Source: an uncultured Dehalococcoidia bacterium
GTDB lineage: Bacteria > Chloroflexota > Dehalococcoidia > UBA6926
Length of the DNA: 64,000 bases
Reading direction: 5' to 3'
Assembly (NCBI GenBank): GCA_964653005.1
Contig: CAZZAN010000003.1
Coordinates: 206,592 to 270,591 of the forward strand
The notes beneath the pieces were generated by a model. It saw nothing but the letters and a program-made list of their open reading frames with translations, ran no database searches and had not been told where the DNA came from. A program made the position numbers and the translations under genes. Of the stretch, positions 9,542-18,207 are shown one piece after another (the first letter of the stretch is position 1; each line of letters starts with the position of its first letter).

Positions 9542-10785
9542 CTTTCAGGCCGTGTAAAGCTTCGGCGATTACCGGGCTGCATGGCGGTGGGCCCAAGGGC
9601 ATTGAAGCTCAGCGCTCTGGCGATATCATCACCAAGCCGAACGACGTAAGCGGCGATGCCCATGGAGTAGAGGCTCGCCAGCTCCGCGGTGTAGTCCCCG
9701 GACGCGCCAAAACTCGTCGGTTCCAGGAGGACGACTGCTCCCGGCGAGTTTCGCTCCTGCAGAATCCCGGCGGCGGCCATGGCGTCCTCCACAGAGGGAG
9801 TGATGGCAATAACGCCCGTTCGCCGGCTGAAACGGGCCTCATGGATGCCAAGCAACTCGCTTAGACTCACCCTGCCCTCGGCTTTGCAGAGCGCCAGCGC
9901 TTCCAGGATGCGCCACATGTGCTTGTCACCAGTGCCGTTGGGGATGGTGTATTCGGTATCGCCAATCGCAGAGAATCCAACGCCGTTGTCAAACTCAAGC
10001 AGATATCGCGCGAGAGAGGCAGCGACCGTGACGGCAACCTCTTCTGTCCCGGCCAAGCCCTCACCCACCTGCACGGAGGCGTTAAGGTCGAGCAGGATGG
10101 CGAGATCCGACTGCACCTCCGTCTCGAACTCCTTGACCATGAGACGGTTGAGCTTGGCGCTGCTCTTCCAGTGGATGCGGTTGAGGCTGTCTCCGACCGT
10201 GTAGCGTCGAACGGAGACGACGTTGGGGGTGAATTGTGATGTTGCGCGGTAGTCAGGCGCGTCGCCTGTCTCCTCTGCGCTGGAGATGACAAAGTCGTCC
10301 AGTGGGAACGGGGCCGGGTAGACAACTAACTCACGTTTGTCACCGATGACTCTTGTGGTTTCAAAAAGGCCGAATGGGTCGGAGGCGGTGACGCGCAACG
10401 GCCCCCAGTGAAAACGGCCGCGCTTGTCCGCGCGAGTTCCCAGCCTGGTCCAGTTCCGCGAGCCGCGAGTGGGTACGCCCATAACCTCTGAGGCAAGTCC
10501 GGGAACGTCACCGATGTCCTCAACATGCAGCCAGGGGCGGGGAAGGAGGGATGAGTTCTCAAGCCAGACAGTCTCTTCAACACGCTCTCCCACCTGGGCG
10601 AGCGAGGGTTGATCATCGGCGCCGGTGGAGATGCCTCTCATGCTTAGCCTGGTCCAGAGCCACGCCAGTATGGACACTCCGATGACGGAGCTGAGAAGAT
10701 AGGACATGACGTAGAATCCCGACCCGAGGGTCAGGAACAGCGCCATCAGAATCAGCACTCCGAGGTAGACGCGGCGACTCCGCAC
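9529..10785 (-). CDS. DUF58 domain protein (VWA-like partner of MoxR)
   Basis: 418 aa. DUF58 core (YTVGDSLNRIHWKSSAKLNRLMVKEFE). N-terminal TM helices. Overlaps the TgpA start by 13 nt. Confidence 0.75.
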   Translation of the reverse strand: MRSRRVYLGVLILMALFLTLGSGFYVMSYLLSSVIGVSILAWLWTRLSMRGISTGADDQPSLAQVGERVEETVWLENSSLLPRPWLHVEDIGDVPGLASEVMGVPTRGSRNWTRLGTRADKRGRFHWGPLRVTASDPFGLFETTRVIGDKRELVVYPAPFPLDDFVISSAEETGDAPDYRATSQFTPNVVSVRRYTVGDSLNRIHWKSSAKLNRLMVKEFETEVQSDLAILLDLNASVQVGEGLAGTEEVAVTVAASLARYLLEFDNGVGFSAIGDTEYTIPNGTGDKHMWRILEALALCKAEGRVSLSELLGIHEARFSRRTGVIAITPSVEDAMAAAGILQERNSPGAVVLLEPTSFGASGDYTAELASLYSMGIAAYVVRLGDDIARALSFNALGPTAMQPGNRRSFTRPERWGA

Positions 10786-10794
10786 GGTGTTCCC

Positions 10795-11769
10795 TCAGTT
10801 CCGCAGCCACCCTCGCGGCACGGCTCCCGGCACAGGGACACGCTCCAACACCTGGGCCAGAACGTCCTCCGGGGCAATTCCCTGCATCCGGGCGTTCGGG
10901 TTGAGGATAATGCGATGTCCCAAGATTGGGCTAACCAGGAATTTGATGTCGTCCGGGAGGACATAGTCGCGCCCGTCCATGACGGCGCGGGCCTGCCCGC
11001 CACGGAACAGTGTCAACGCGCCGCGCGGCGACGCGCCGACGTAGACGGAGCCGTGTTCCCGCGTGCCGTCCACGATATCGACGATGTATCGCTTGATGAG
11101 GTCGTCCACATAGACCTGCCGCACCGTCTGTTGGAGATCCAGCGCCTCTTCCGGTGTGGTAACGGGCCCAATACTATCGATGGGATGTTCAAGGCGGGTC
11201 CGATCCATGATTTCCATCTCGGAATCGATCGTCGGGTAGCCCAGAGACAAGCGTAAGAAGAAGCGGTCACGCTGCGCCTCGGGCAACAGGAATGTTCCTT
11301 CATGCTCCAGTGGATTCTGCGTGGCGATGACGTGGAAGGGATTCGGGAGAGGATGGGTCACGCCGTCCACCGTTACCTGCCCCTCTTCCATCGCCTCAAG
11401 CAGCGCGGATTGGGTCTTTGGGGTGCCGCGGTTGATCTCATCGGCGAGGAGGATATGGGCGAGAACGGGGCCGGCGCGGAACTCGAACTCGCCGGTGCGC
11501 TGGTTGTAGAGATTGACGCCGATGACGTCCGTGGGCAGCAAATCGGGGGTGAATTGCACGCGCTTGAATGATGCGCCGAGCGAGATTGCGACGCTGCGGG
11601 CCAGCATAGTCTTGCCGACACCGGGCACATCCTCAATCAGGAAGTGGCCTCCACCCAGCACCGCCGTCAGGGCAAGCTCCGCTGCCGCGCGCTTCCCTAC
11701 TATCACCCGTTCGACGTTCTCCAGTGTCTTGTCGACAACTTCGCGCGCGCGGTCAACCGTCGCTACCAA
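10795..11769 (-). CDS. MoxR-family AAA+ ATPase
   Basis: 324 aa. Walker A GVGKTMLARSVAISLG and Walker B LLADEINRGTPKTQSALLEAM. Canonical MoxR. Confidence 0.9.
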   Translation of the reverse strand: MVATVDRAREVVDKTLENVERVIVGKRAAAELALTAVLGGGHFLIEDVPGVGKTMLARSVAISLGASFKRVQFTPDLLPTDVIGVNLYNQRTGEFEFRAGPVLAHILLADEINRGTPKTQSALLEAMEEGQVTVDGVTHPLPNPFHVIATQNPLEHEGTFLLPEAQRDRFFLRLSLGYPTIDSEMEIMDRTRLEHPIDSIGPVTTPEEALDLQQTVRQVYVDDLIKRYIVDIVDGTREHGSVYVGASPRGALTLFRGGQARAVMDGRDYVLPDDIKFLVSPILGHRIILNPNARMQGIAPEDVLAQVLERVPVPGAVPRGWLRN

Positions 11770-11875
11770 TGTCTACCCCCAGCCGGTTCCCTACCCTGCG
11801 ACTGATACTAGTATAGGGTGACGGGCATAAGCGCCCAACGCCCGCACAATCAACCGACAATACCACAGCAAGCCG

Positions 11876-12568
11876 ATGAGCACCCACGATTCACCATCGA
11901 ACGAGCCGCTGGCCGCCTGCATCGTCGCGGGAGGCGACATCACGCCCGGCGATCGCGTGATGGCCGTGCTGCGGGAGAGCGATATCGTCATTGCCGCCGA
12001 CCGCGGGCTTAACACCTGCCTGGAACTGGGGATTACGCCGACGCTGTGCATCGGTGATTTCGACTCCGCGTCAGAGGATGCCCTTCGGACGGCGCGTGAG
12101 CGTGGGTGGCAGGTGCTGGAATACCCATCGGAGAAGGCCGCCACGGATGGCGAACTGGCACTGAATGAGGCGATCGCGAGAGGCGCGGAGAGAATCCGGG
12201 TGCTTGGGGCGCTGACCGGCATCGACCGTTTCGACCATGGCATCGCCAACTTGCTCTTGCTGACGAGGGATGACCTGAACGGCGTGGATATCCGCCTCAT
12301 CGACGAGAGGCGCGAGGCGTTCATGATTCAGAAAGGCGAGTCGGCAACCGTTGCGGGACAACGCGGGGATTATGTGACGCTGCTGCCCCTTACCGAGACA
12401 GGGGCAACAGTCACGACGTGGGGCTTAAAGTACGACCTGCTGGGCATACAACTCAGCTATGGCGCGACACGCGGGGTCAGCAATGAGCTGGCGTGGCAGC
12501 AGGCGAATATCACTGTGGAGGATGGGCGGGTGTTAGTGATGCAGGAGCGGGTGGGATCTGGCGGGTGA
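11876..12568 (+). CDS. thiN: thiamine pyrophosphokinase (thiamine diphosphokinase)
   Basis: 230 aa. TPK catalytic motif LCIGDFDS and overall TPK layout. Divergent from the thiamine ABC importer operon. Confidence 0.7.
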   Translation: MSTHDSPSNEPLAACIVAGGDITPGDRVMAVLRESDIVIAADRGLNTCLELGITPTLCIGDFDSASEDALRTARERGWQVLEYPSEKAATDGELALNEAIARGAERIRVLGALTGIDRFDHGIANLLLLTRDDLNGVDIRLIDERREAFMIQKGESATVAGQRGDYVTLLPLTETGATVTTWGLKYDLLGIQLSYGATRGVSNELAWQQANITVEDGRVLVMQERVGSGG

Positions 12569-12569
12569 G

Positions 12570-12650
12570 GGGATGACCCTTCGACATGCTCAGGGTGAGC
12601 GGGTTTGGCGGGCTCAGGGTGAGCGGGTTCGACGGGCTTAGAAGCGGGCG
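12570..12650. repeat. modular hairpin repeat (module C, two tandem GCTCAGGGTGAGCGGGTT units)
   Basis: Seen directly. Translates into phantom ORF 12586..12798. Confidence 0.8.
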
Positions 12651-12653
12651 AGG

Positions 12654-13721
12654 TTACTCAATCCAGTCCAGCAGGCGGACCCGACTCCAGTCGATGGTGA
12701 CTGAGACGGCTGTGTTTGGGTGGGGGCGATTACTCGCGGCTGTGACGGGGACGCGGGCGCGGAGTTGCTCACCGTGGATGACCAGCGATACGTCATAGCT
12801 GCCGCCCTGGAGGGTGACATCCACGATGGTTGCCGCTGTGCCGTCCTGATCGGTGGAGACAAGAGTTACAGACTCCGGCGGGATGAGGGCCGTGCAGTCC
12901 GAGACTGCGGGGATGCTATCAGGCTGCCATGCGCCGAGCGCGCAGTGAGCCTCTTTCGTTCCGTCATCTTTGATGGAGACCTCGCATCTAAAGAGGTTCT
13001 CATGGCCAAGGAATCGGGCGACGAACGGGGTGGCAGGGTTGAGCCACACGTCCTCCGGCGGACCGTGCTGAACTGCTTCGCCATGTTCCAGCACGAGAAT
13101 ATCGTCTGCGACGGCAAACGCTTCATCGTGGTCGTGGGTGACATAGATGAGGGTCACACCCTCGTGGTCGCGGATATGGCGGATTTCCTGAGAAAGCTCC
13201 TCCCTCAGACGGCGGTCGAGCGCGCCGAGCGGCTCGTCGAGCATGAGAAGCCGGGGGCGGGGGGCTAGAGATCGGGCGAGGGCTACGCGCTGTTGTTCGC
13301 CGCCGGAAATGGCGTCGACGGAGCGGTCGGCAAGGGTTTCGATGCGCATCAGTTCAAGGAGTTCATCAACGCGCCGGCCTATGGCTTGCACTTCCCACCT
13401 TTGGCTACGGAGGCCGAAGGCGATGTTGTCACGGACGTTGAGATGGGGGAACAAGGCGAGGTCCTGGTGCATGAGTCCAAAGCCGCGGCGGTGGGGCAGC
13501 ACGTCGTTCAGTGATTCGCCATTCATTGCGGCTTCCCCGGCATCCGGTGTTTCAAGACCGGCGATGAGACGGAGGAGCGTGCTCTTGCCACAGCCGCTCG
13601 GCCCCAGGACGGCCAGTGATTTCCCTTCGTCCAGGTCAAAGGAAACATTGGACAGGGCCTGGGTGCGGCCGCCGTCGTAACTCTTGGTAAGTTTCTTTAT
13701 TTGCAGCAAGTAGGGCTCCAT
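12654..13721 (-). CDS. ABC transporter ATP-binding protein with C-terminal TOBE domain (thiamine/Fe3+-type importer ATPase)
   Basis: 355 aa. Walker A GPSGCGKST, signature LSGGEQQRVALAR, Walker B LLMLDEP. TOBE-like C-terminus. Confidence 0.85.
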   Translation of the reverse strand: MEPYLLQIKKLTKSYDGGRTQALSNVSFDLDEGKSLAVLGPSGCGKSTLLRLIAGLETPDAGEAAMNGESLNDVLPHRRGFGLMHQDLALFPHLNVRDNIAFGLRSQRWEVQAIGRRVDELLELMRIETLADRSVDAISGGEQQRVALARSLAPRPRLLMLDEPLGALDRRLREELSQEIRHIRDHEGVTLIYVTHDHDEAFAVADDILVLEHGEAVQHGPPEDVWLNPATPFVARFLGHENLFRCEVSIKDDGTKEAHCALGAWQPDSIPAVSDCTALIPPESVTLVSTDQDGTAATIVDVTLQGGSYDVSLVIHGEQLRARVPVTAASNRPHPNTAVSVTIDWSRVRLLDWIE

Positions 13722-13739
13722 TTGGTTTGTTCCTTCACC

Positions 13740-13810
13740 TTCCCCTCACCCTAACCCTCTCCCCAGGGAGAGGGAATTGGATGGATTCCGGCCTGCGCCG
13801 GAATGACGGA
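13740..13810. repeat. modular hairpin repeat (modules A and B)
   Basis: CCCTCACCCTAACCCTCTCCCCAGGGAGAGGG + GGATTCCGGCCTGCGCCGGAATGACGG. Confidence 0.85.
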
Positions 13811-13846
13811 TAGGGGGCCCAGTGACGCTTATCACGATGACCAACT

Positions 13847-15550
13847 TCAAAAATCTCCCCAGCCGCGGTAGCGGGCGCGCTCGATGAGGAAGAATCCTGC
13901 ACCAGCGACCACCATCAGTACCGTGCTCATAGCAAGAGCGCTTGCAAGGTTGATTGCGCCCGGGCGGGTCAGGTAATTGAGGATGGCGACGGGCATGGTC
14001 GTGTATTCAGGACGGTTCAGGAGGAGAGTCGCGCCGAATTCACCGAGGGAGACCGCGAACGCAAAGACGCTGCCGACGAGGATGGCGCGAGAAAGGATGG
14101 GGAGATCGACACGCATGGCGGCAGCGAGCGGCCCCGTGCCCAGAACGTGGGCGGCCTCTCGCAGGTGCGGTCGTATGGCTCGCATGGTGGAGAGGACGAC
14201 GCGGATAACAAACGGATACGCAATCAGGGTGTGGGCAAGGATGATGGGCACGACGGTGGTTCGAACATCGAATGCGCCGATTTTCAGACTGAGCAGGTAG
14301 CCGAGGCCGAGCGTGACGGCGGAGACTCCGAGAGGAAGCATGTAAAGGGCGTCGAGGGGGTTTCGCCACCACGCCCGCGGATTCCGCAACCCGTAGGCCG
14401 CAAGAACGCCGAGCGGCACGGCGAGAATAACCGTCACGGCGGCGAACGCCAGCGAGTTGCGAATGGCCGCTATCGGAGAGATATAGAAGTATTCATTGCG
14501 GTCGTTGGACATGATGGCGGTGTAGCCGTCCAGCCCCAGACCGTCGGGGGTGATGAATGAGCGCAGGAGCAGCGCGAGAGGCGGAGACAGGACGAGGAAC
14601 ACGGATGCCAGCGCCCCAAGCCGCATGATGTAGTCCGCCGGGGAGCGGCCTGTAGACGCCGTCGAGCCCTGAGCGCGGAGACGGATGCGGGTCACAGCGG
14701 TTGACTGTAGCTTGACGTACGCCCAGAGCATCCCGAACGTCGCGATGAGCTGGGTGAGGGCGAGCGCGGCGGCGATATGGGGCCTGAACAGCTTTGTCAT
14801 GAGGGTGTAGATTTCGACTTCCAACGTTGCGTGCTGCGGCGCGCCGAGGATCAGGATGATCCCGAAGCTCGTGAAGGTGAACAGGAAAATCAACGCAGCA
14901 GCCGCTGCTATGGCCGGCAACAGGAGCGGCAGCGTCACGTTGAAGAAAACACGGCGGGGCGATGCGCCCAGCATTGAGGCGGCCTCCTGCACCGCGGGGT
15001 CCATATTTGCCCAGAAGGTGGAGATAAGCCGCACGACGATCGCGTATTCGTAGACGACGTGGGCAATCAGGATGATGGCAAAGGTGTTCAGGAGTTTGAT
15101 GGGCCCCTCATTCAGTCCGAGCAGGCCTGTTAGCGCGTCGTTAACCAGACCCGACGGGCCGAGCAGGGAGAGCAGCCCGAGCGCCATCACGATGGGGGGG
15201 AGGATGAACGGAATCGTTATCGCGGCAAGAAGCACACTTCGTCCCCGGAATCGGTGGCGGGCGAAGACATACGCAGACGGGAGGCCAAACGCGAGCGCAA
15301 GGATGGTGGAGAGGGCCGCCTGCCACGCCGTAAAGATGAAGCGCCCTCTGAGATAGGGATCACTCGCGGCATCAACGAACGGCGCGAGCATACCCTGCCC
15401 GTCCCACCCGAGGCCGACACGCATGATGCTGACAAGGGGCCAGGCGAAAGCTATCAACAGGAAAATCAGCGGCAAAGCAATCCGCGCAGTACGCCAGACA
15501 TTCACGTGACTGTCCTTCATATCAGCAGCGCGTTCTACGAATTGGCGCAC
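13847..15550 (-). CDS. ABC transporter permease with two fused TMD repeats (ThiP/FbpB-like)
   Basis: 567 aa, duplicated six-helix permease domains, typical of thiamine/iron(III) importer permeases. Confidence 0.8.
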   Translation of the reverse strand: MRQFVERAADMKDSHVNVWRTARIALPLIFLLIAFAWPLVSIMRVGLGWDGQGMLAPFVDAASDPYLRGRFIFTAWQAALSTILALAFGLPSAYVFARHRFRGRSVLLAAITIPFILPPIVMALGLLSLLGPSGLVNDALTGLLGLNEGPIKLLNTFAIILIAHVVYEYAIVVRLISTFWANMDPAVQEAASMLGASPRRVFFNVTLPLLLPAIAAAAALIFLFTFTSFGIILILGAPQHATLEVEIYTLMTKLFRPHIAAALALTQLIATFGMLWAYVKLQSTAVTRIRLRAQGSTASTGRSPADYIMRLGALASVFLVLSPPLALLLRSFITPDGLGLDGYTAIMSNDRNEYFYISPIAAIRNSLAFAAVTVILAVPLGVLAAYGLRNPRAWWRNPLDALYMLPLGVSAVTLGLGYLLSLKIGAFDVRTTVVPIILAHTLIAYPFVIRVVLSTMRAIRPHLREAAHVLGTGPLAAAMRVDLPILSRAILVGSVFAFAVSLGEFGATLLLNRPEYTTMPVAILNYLTRPGAINLASALAMSTVLMVVAGAGFFLIERARYRGWGDF

Positions 15551-15700
15551 CCTTTAGAGGCCAGTCGTCTATCCGGCAGGGATGGCTTGCACTCGTCAGA
15601 CGAGCAAAAAATGGGCGGGGGGCCGCTCTCCAACCCCCCATTAAGCGACCCCCCACGTGTTAAGCCTGCATGAAATTGACCAACTGTACTGCAGCGGCAT

Positions 15701-16876
15701 TTAGTTTCTCATCAATGCGGTCCATTCATCAATCCAGCGTTCGCGGTTCTCGGCAATGACTTCGGAGTCGAGGGAGGCTGGCTGCTGCGGGATGGGCGCG
15801 AATTCAAACACGTCCGGCAGCGCGGCCTGTTCGTTGGCCGGATAGACCCACATCATCGTGGGAAAGTCCTCCTGGAAGCTGCGATCCATCACAAAATCAA
15901 CGAATTGCCGGGCAAGTCCCTCGTTTTCGGTTCCGTTCAAGATGCCGATGCCCTCAATCTGGAGAAACGCAGAGTTGTCGCCAAGCACGTTACCGGTTGG
16001 TGGCGTCGTATACGCGCCCTCGGAGTAGAAGACCTCCGCGGCGGGGCTGGTTGTATAGCTGACCACAACGGGCCGATCGCCGTCATAGAGAGAGAACGCG
16101 GTGTAGTAGGCGTCCGTCCAGCCGTCCGTGACGAGGACATCATTGGCGATCATGTCTTGCCAGAAGTCCTGCCAGGCGTAGCTGCCCGATTCGCCGAAAG
16201 CGGCGACGGTGGCAAGCAGGAATGACAGGCCGGGGGACGAGGTTGCCGGGTTCTGCACAACCACCCTCCCGCTGAATCGCGAATCAGTGAGATCACGCAG
16301 ATCGGCCGGCGGCTCGACACTGTTCTCTTCCATCCACGCGATGTCGTAGTTGAGCGCCACGAAGCCATAGTCGACGGGCATGACGTGATTTGTGGGGTCC
16401 AGACGGTATTGCTCGGGGACGTTGTCCAACATGGGCGAGCGGTATTCGATGAATATATCCTCATCAAGCGCTCGTCCGAGGAATGAGTTGTCGATGCCGT
16501 AGAGCAGGTCGGCAGTGGGCGCGTCCTTGGCCAGGATGGCCTTGGTGAGCGCCTCGCCGGCGTCACCGGACTTGAGAATAGTGACCGTGACGTTGTGCTG
16601 TTCTTCAAATTCAGCAATCACGTCTTCGCCGATATTGAAGCTGTCATGGGACGCGATGGTCAGTTCCCGGGGCTCCTCATGGAGAGCCTCACTTGTTGGC
16701 GGCGCAATCGTCGCCGTTGCTTCAGTGGTCTCCGATTCTTCTGATTCACAGGCGATGGAAAAAGCCGTCAACAGAATAATGGCGAGAATACCGACGACCG
16801 GGAAAAGCAGCCGGCTCCTGTGCGCCCACCCAATAGACCCTGCCTTCTCATGCTGCAACAAACGCATTTGACACAC
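15701..16876 (-). CDS. ABC transporter substrate-binding protein (thiamine/Fe3+ family), probable lipoprotein
   Basis: 391 aa. N-terminal signal with lipobox-like LTAFSIAC. Lies directly downstream of a TPP riboswitch. Confidence 0.7.
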   Translation of the reverse strand: MCQMRLLQHEKAGSIGWAHRSRLLFPVVGILAIILLTAFSIACESEESETTEATATIAPPTSEALHEEPRELTIASHDSFNIGEDVIAEFEEQHNVTVTILKSGDAGEALTKAILAKDAPTADLLYGIDNSFLGRALDEDIFIEYRSPMLDNVPEQYRLDPTNHVMPVDYGFVALNYDIAWMEENSVEPPADLRDLTDSRFSGRVVVQNPATSSPGLSFLLATVAAFGESGSYAWQDFWQDMIANDVLVTDGWTDAYYTAFSLYDGDRPVVVSYTTSPAAEVFYSEGAYTTPPTGNVLGDNSAFLQIEGIGILNGTENEGLARQFVDFVMDRSFQEDFPTMMWVYPANEQAALPDVFEFAPIPQQPASLDSEVIAENRERWIDEWTALMRN

Positions 16877-16949
16877 TCCCTATCCAAAAAACAAAGCCGC
16901 TGAACATGTCAGCGGCGCTCATTGGAATTGGGAGATGCACAGGCATCTC

Positions 16950-17048
16950 CGCAGCCTCTTCCCTCCGCTGGCATTACCCAGCTCAGGTTCCGACGGTCGC
17001 CCCGATTCCATTGTCGAGGCCTCTCAGCCGGGCATACCCAGCTCCCGC
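16950..17048 (-). promoter_or_regulatory. TPP (THI-box) riboswitch in the 5' leader of the ABC importer operon
   Basis: Minus-strand sequence reads CTGGGTATGCCCGGCTGAGAGG...GGAACCTGAGCTGGGTAATGCCAGCGGAGGGAAG. This matches the THI element conserved core (GGGGTGCCC...GCTGAGA...AACCTGATCTGGATAATGCCAGCGTAGGGAA). Coordinates approximate within a few nt. Confidence 0.8.
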
Positions 17049-17191
17049 AAGACCCTATTCAGTTGTTACTGGCGCGAAGTATACATTCCATCACGGACGC
17101 TGTCCAACACCGGCCCCAGTGTCTCGCCAAATCGTTAGAATAATCGGTAATGGACGGAGCGCACGTGACCATGCTGCACGCGGTTTAAGAC

Positions 17192-18133
17192 ATGTTCAAG
17201 GGAGCCCGACCAACTGATATTGCCGGCCTTGTCGGGTTGGCATCACGCCCCACAACAGACCACGCTTTCCCGTATACACAAGTGGGGAAAGACAGGGGGG
17301 TTGAGCGGTCAATCGCGCGAATTGTGGGAACAGTGTCGCTGCCAAGAAAGGGTGAGACGCTCGGCCTCCTTCTGAAGGATGGCAAGACGCCGGGAGGACT
17401 GGCCGTCGTCCGGGGCGCGGAGGGCGATTCTTCCTGGGAAATCGAGCATCTGCTGGTGCCACCGGACGCAGAAGGACTGTGCGAGAACCTGCTGCCACAG
17501 CTCGACAGGATGCTGCGTCCAAAGAAGGGGACGACTATCTTTCTTCGCGTTTCGGATGATAGCCCAATCCTGGAGTCGGTAGGCAGCGCCGGTTTTCGGG
17601 GATACGCGGAGGAAGAGCTTTACGTACGGCCCGCCGGGGACCGAGAGCCGCGTGAGATTCCGGCCGACGTCAGCATCAGGGTACTGACAGAACCTGCAGA
17701 TTTTCGATTGTTCCGTCTCCATACAGCATGGGCGCCCGTTGAGATGCGCGCCGCGGACGGGATGACCGTACGCGAGTGGCAGGAATCCCTGGCGACGCGA
17801 TGGATCGACGTGCGACATACGACAGATATTGTGGCATCCGTAAATGGCGGACAGATTGGGTGGGTGAGATTTGGACAGGTGGGCTCCAACGCGGTGATAG
17901 CCAGATTGGCGGCAGCATCGGAGCAACCCGAGGCCGTTGAGGCACTGATTGAGTCGGTCATTCAGTCATCCAGCCGCTCGCGGACGATCATGTTCCTGAC
18001 TCCCACACACGATGCGGCCACTGCCCGGGCATTGGCGTCCCGTGGATTCCGCTCAGAGGCGACGTACAAGAGTTTCGCGTGCCAAATGGGGCAGCGGGTA
18101 CTTGAAGGCGCATTTGCGCCCGTTGGCCTTTAG
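17192..18133 (+). CDS. hypothetical protein, possibly tandem GNAT-fold acetyltransferase
   Basis: 313 aa. Two halves each with GNAT-like beta-strand / GF-containing patterns. Weak assignment, and the start is uncertain. Confidence 0.35.
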   Translation: MFKGARPTDIAGLVGLASRPTTDHAFPYTQVGKDRGVERSIARIVGTVSLPRKGETLGLLLKDGKTPGGLAVVRGAEGDSSWEIEHLLVPPDAEGLCENLLPQLDRMLRPKKGTTIFLRVSDDSPILESVGSAGFRGYAEEELYVRPAGDREPREIPADVSIRVLTEPADFRLFRLHTAWAPVEMRAADGMTVREWQESLATRWIDVRHTTDIVASVNGGQIGWVRFGQVGSNAVIARLAAASEQPEAVEALIESVIQSSSRSRTIMFLTPTHDAATARALASRGFRSEATYKSFACQMGQRVLEGAFAPVGL

Positions 18134-18207
18134 TCCAAACAGCAGAATTTCTGGCGCGCGTGCGGTAAGCTCAAAGCAGGATCTTCAAACGCGAAAGGGG
18201 TACGCAT

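Noticed and set aside
12586-12798. ORFs in the track made of repeat sequence (for example 12586..12798, 28320..28751, 52229..52510, 29655..29891, 52934..53119), giving peptides like PLTLSLSKGERG, FDRLRVNG and LRQAQGER
   Set aside because: They are translations of the multi-copy modular hairpin repeats in different frames and strands. They have no start context and low-complexity composition. I annotated them as repeats, not genes.
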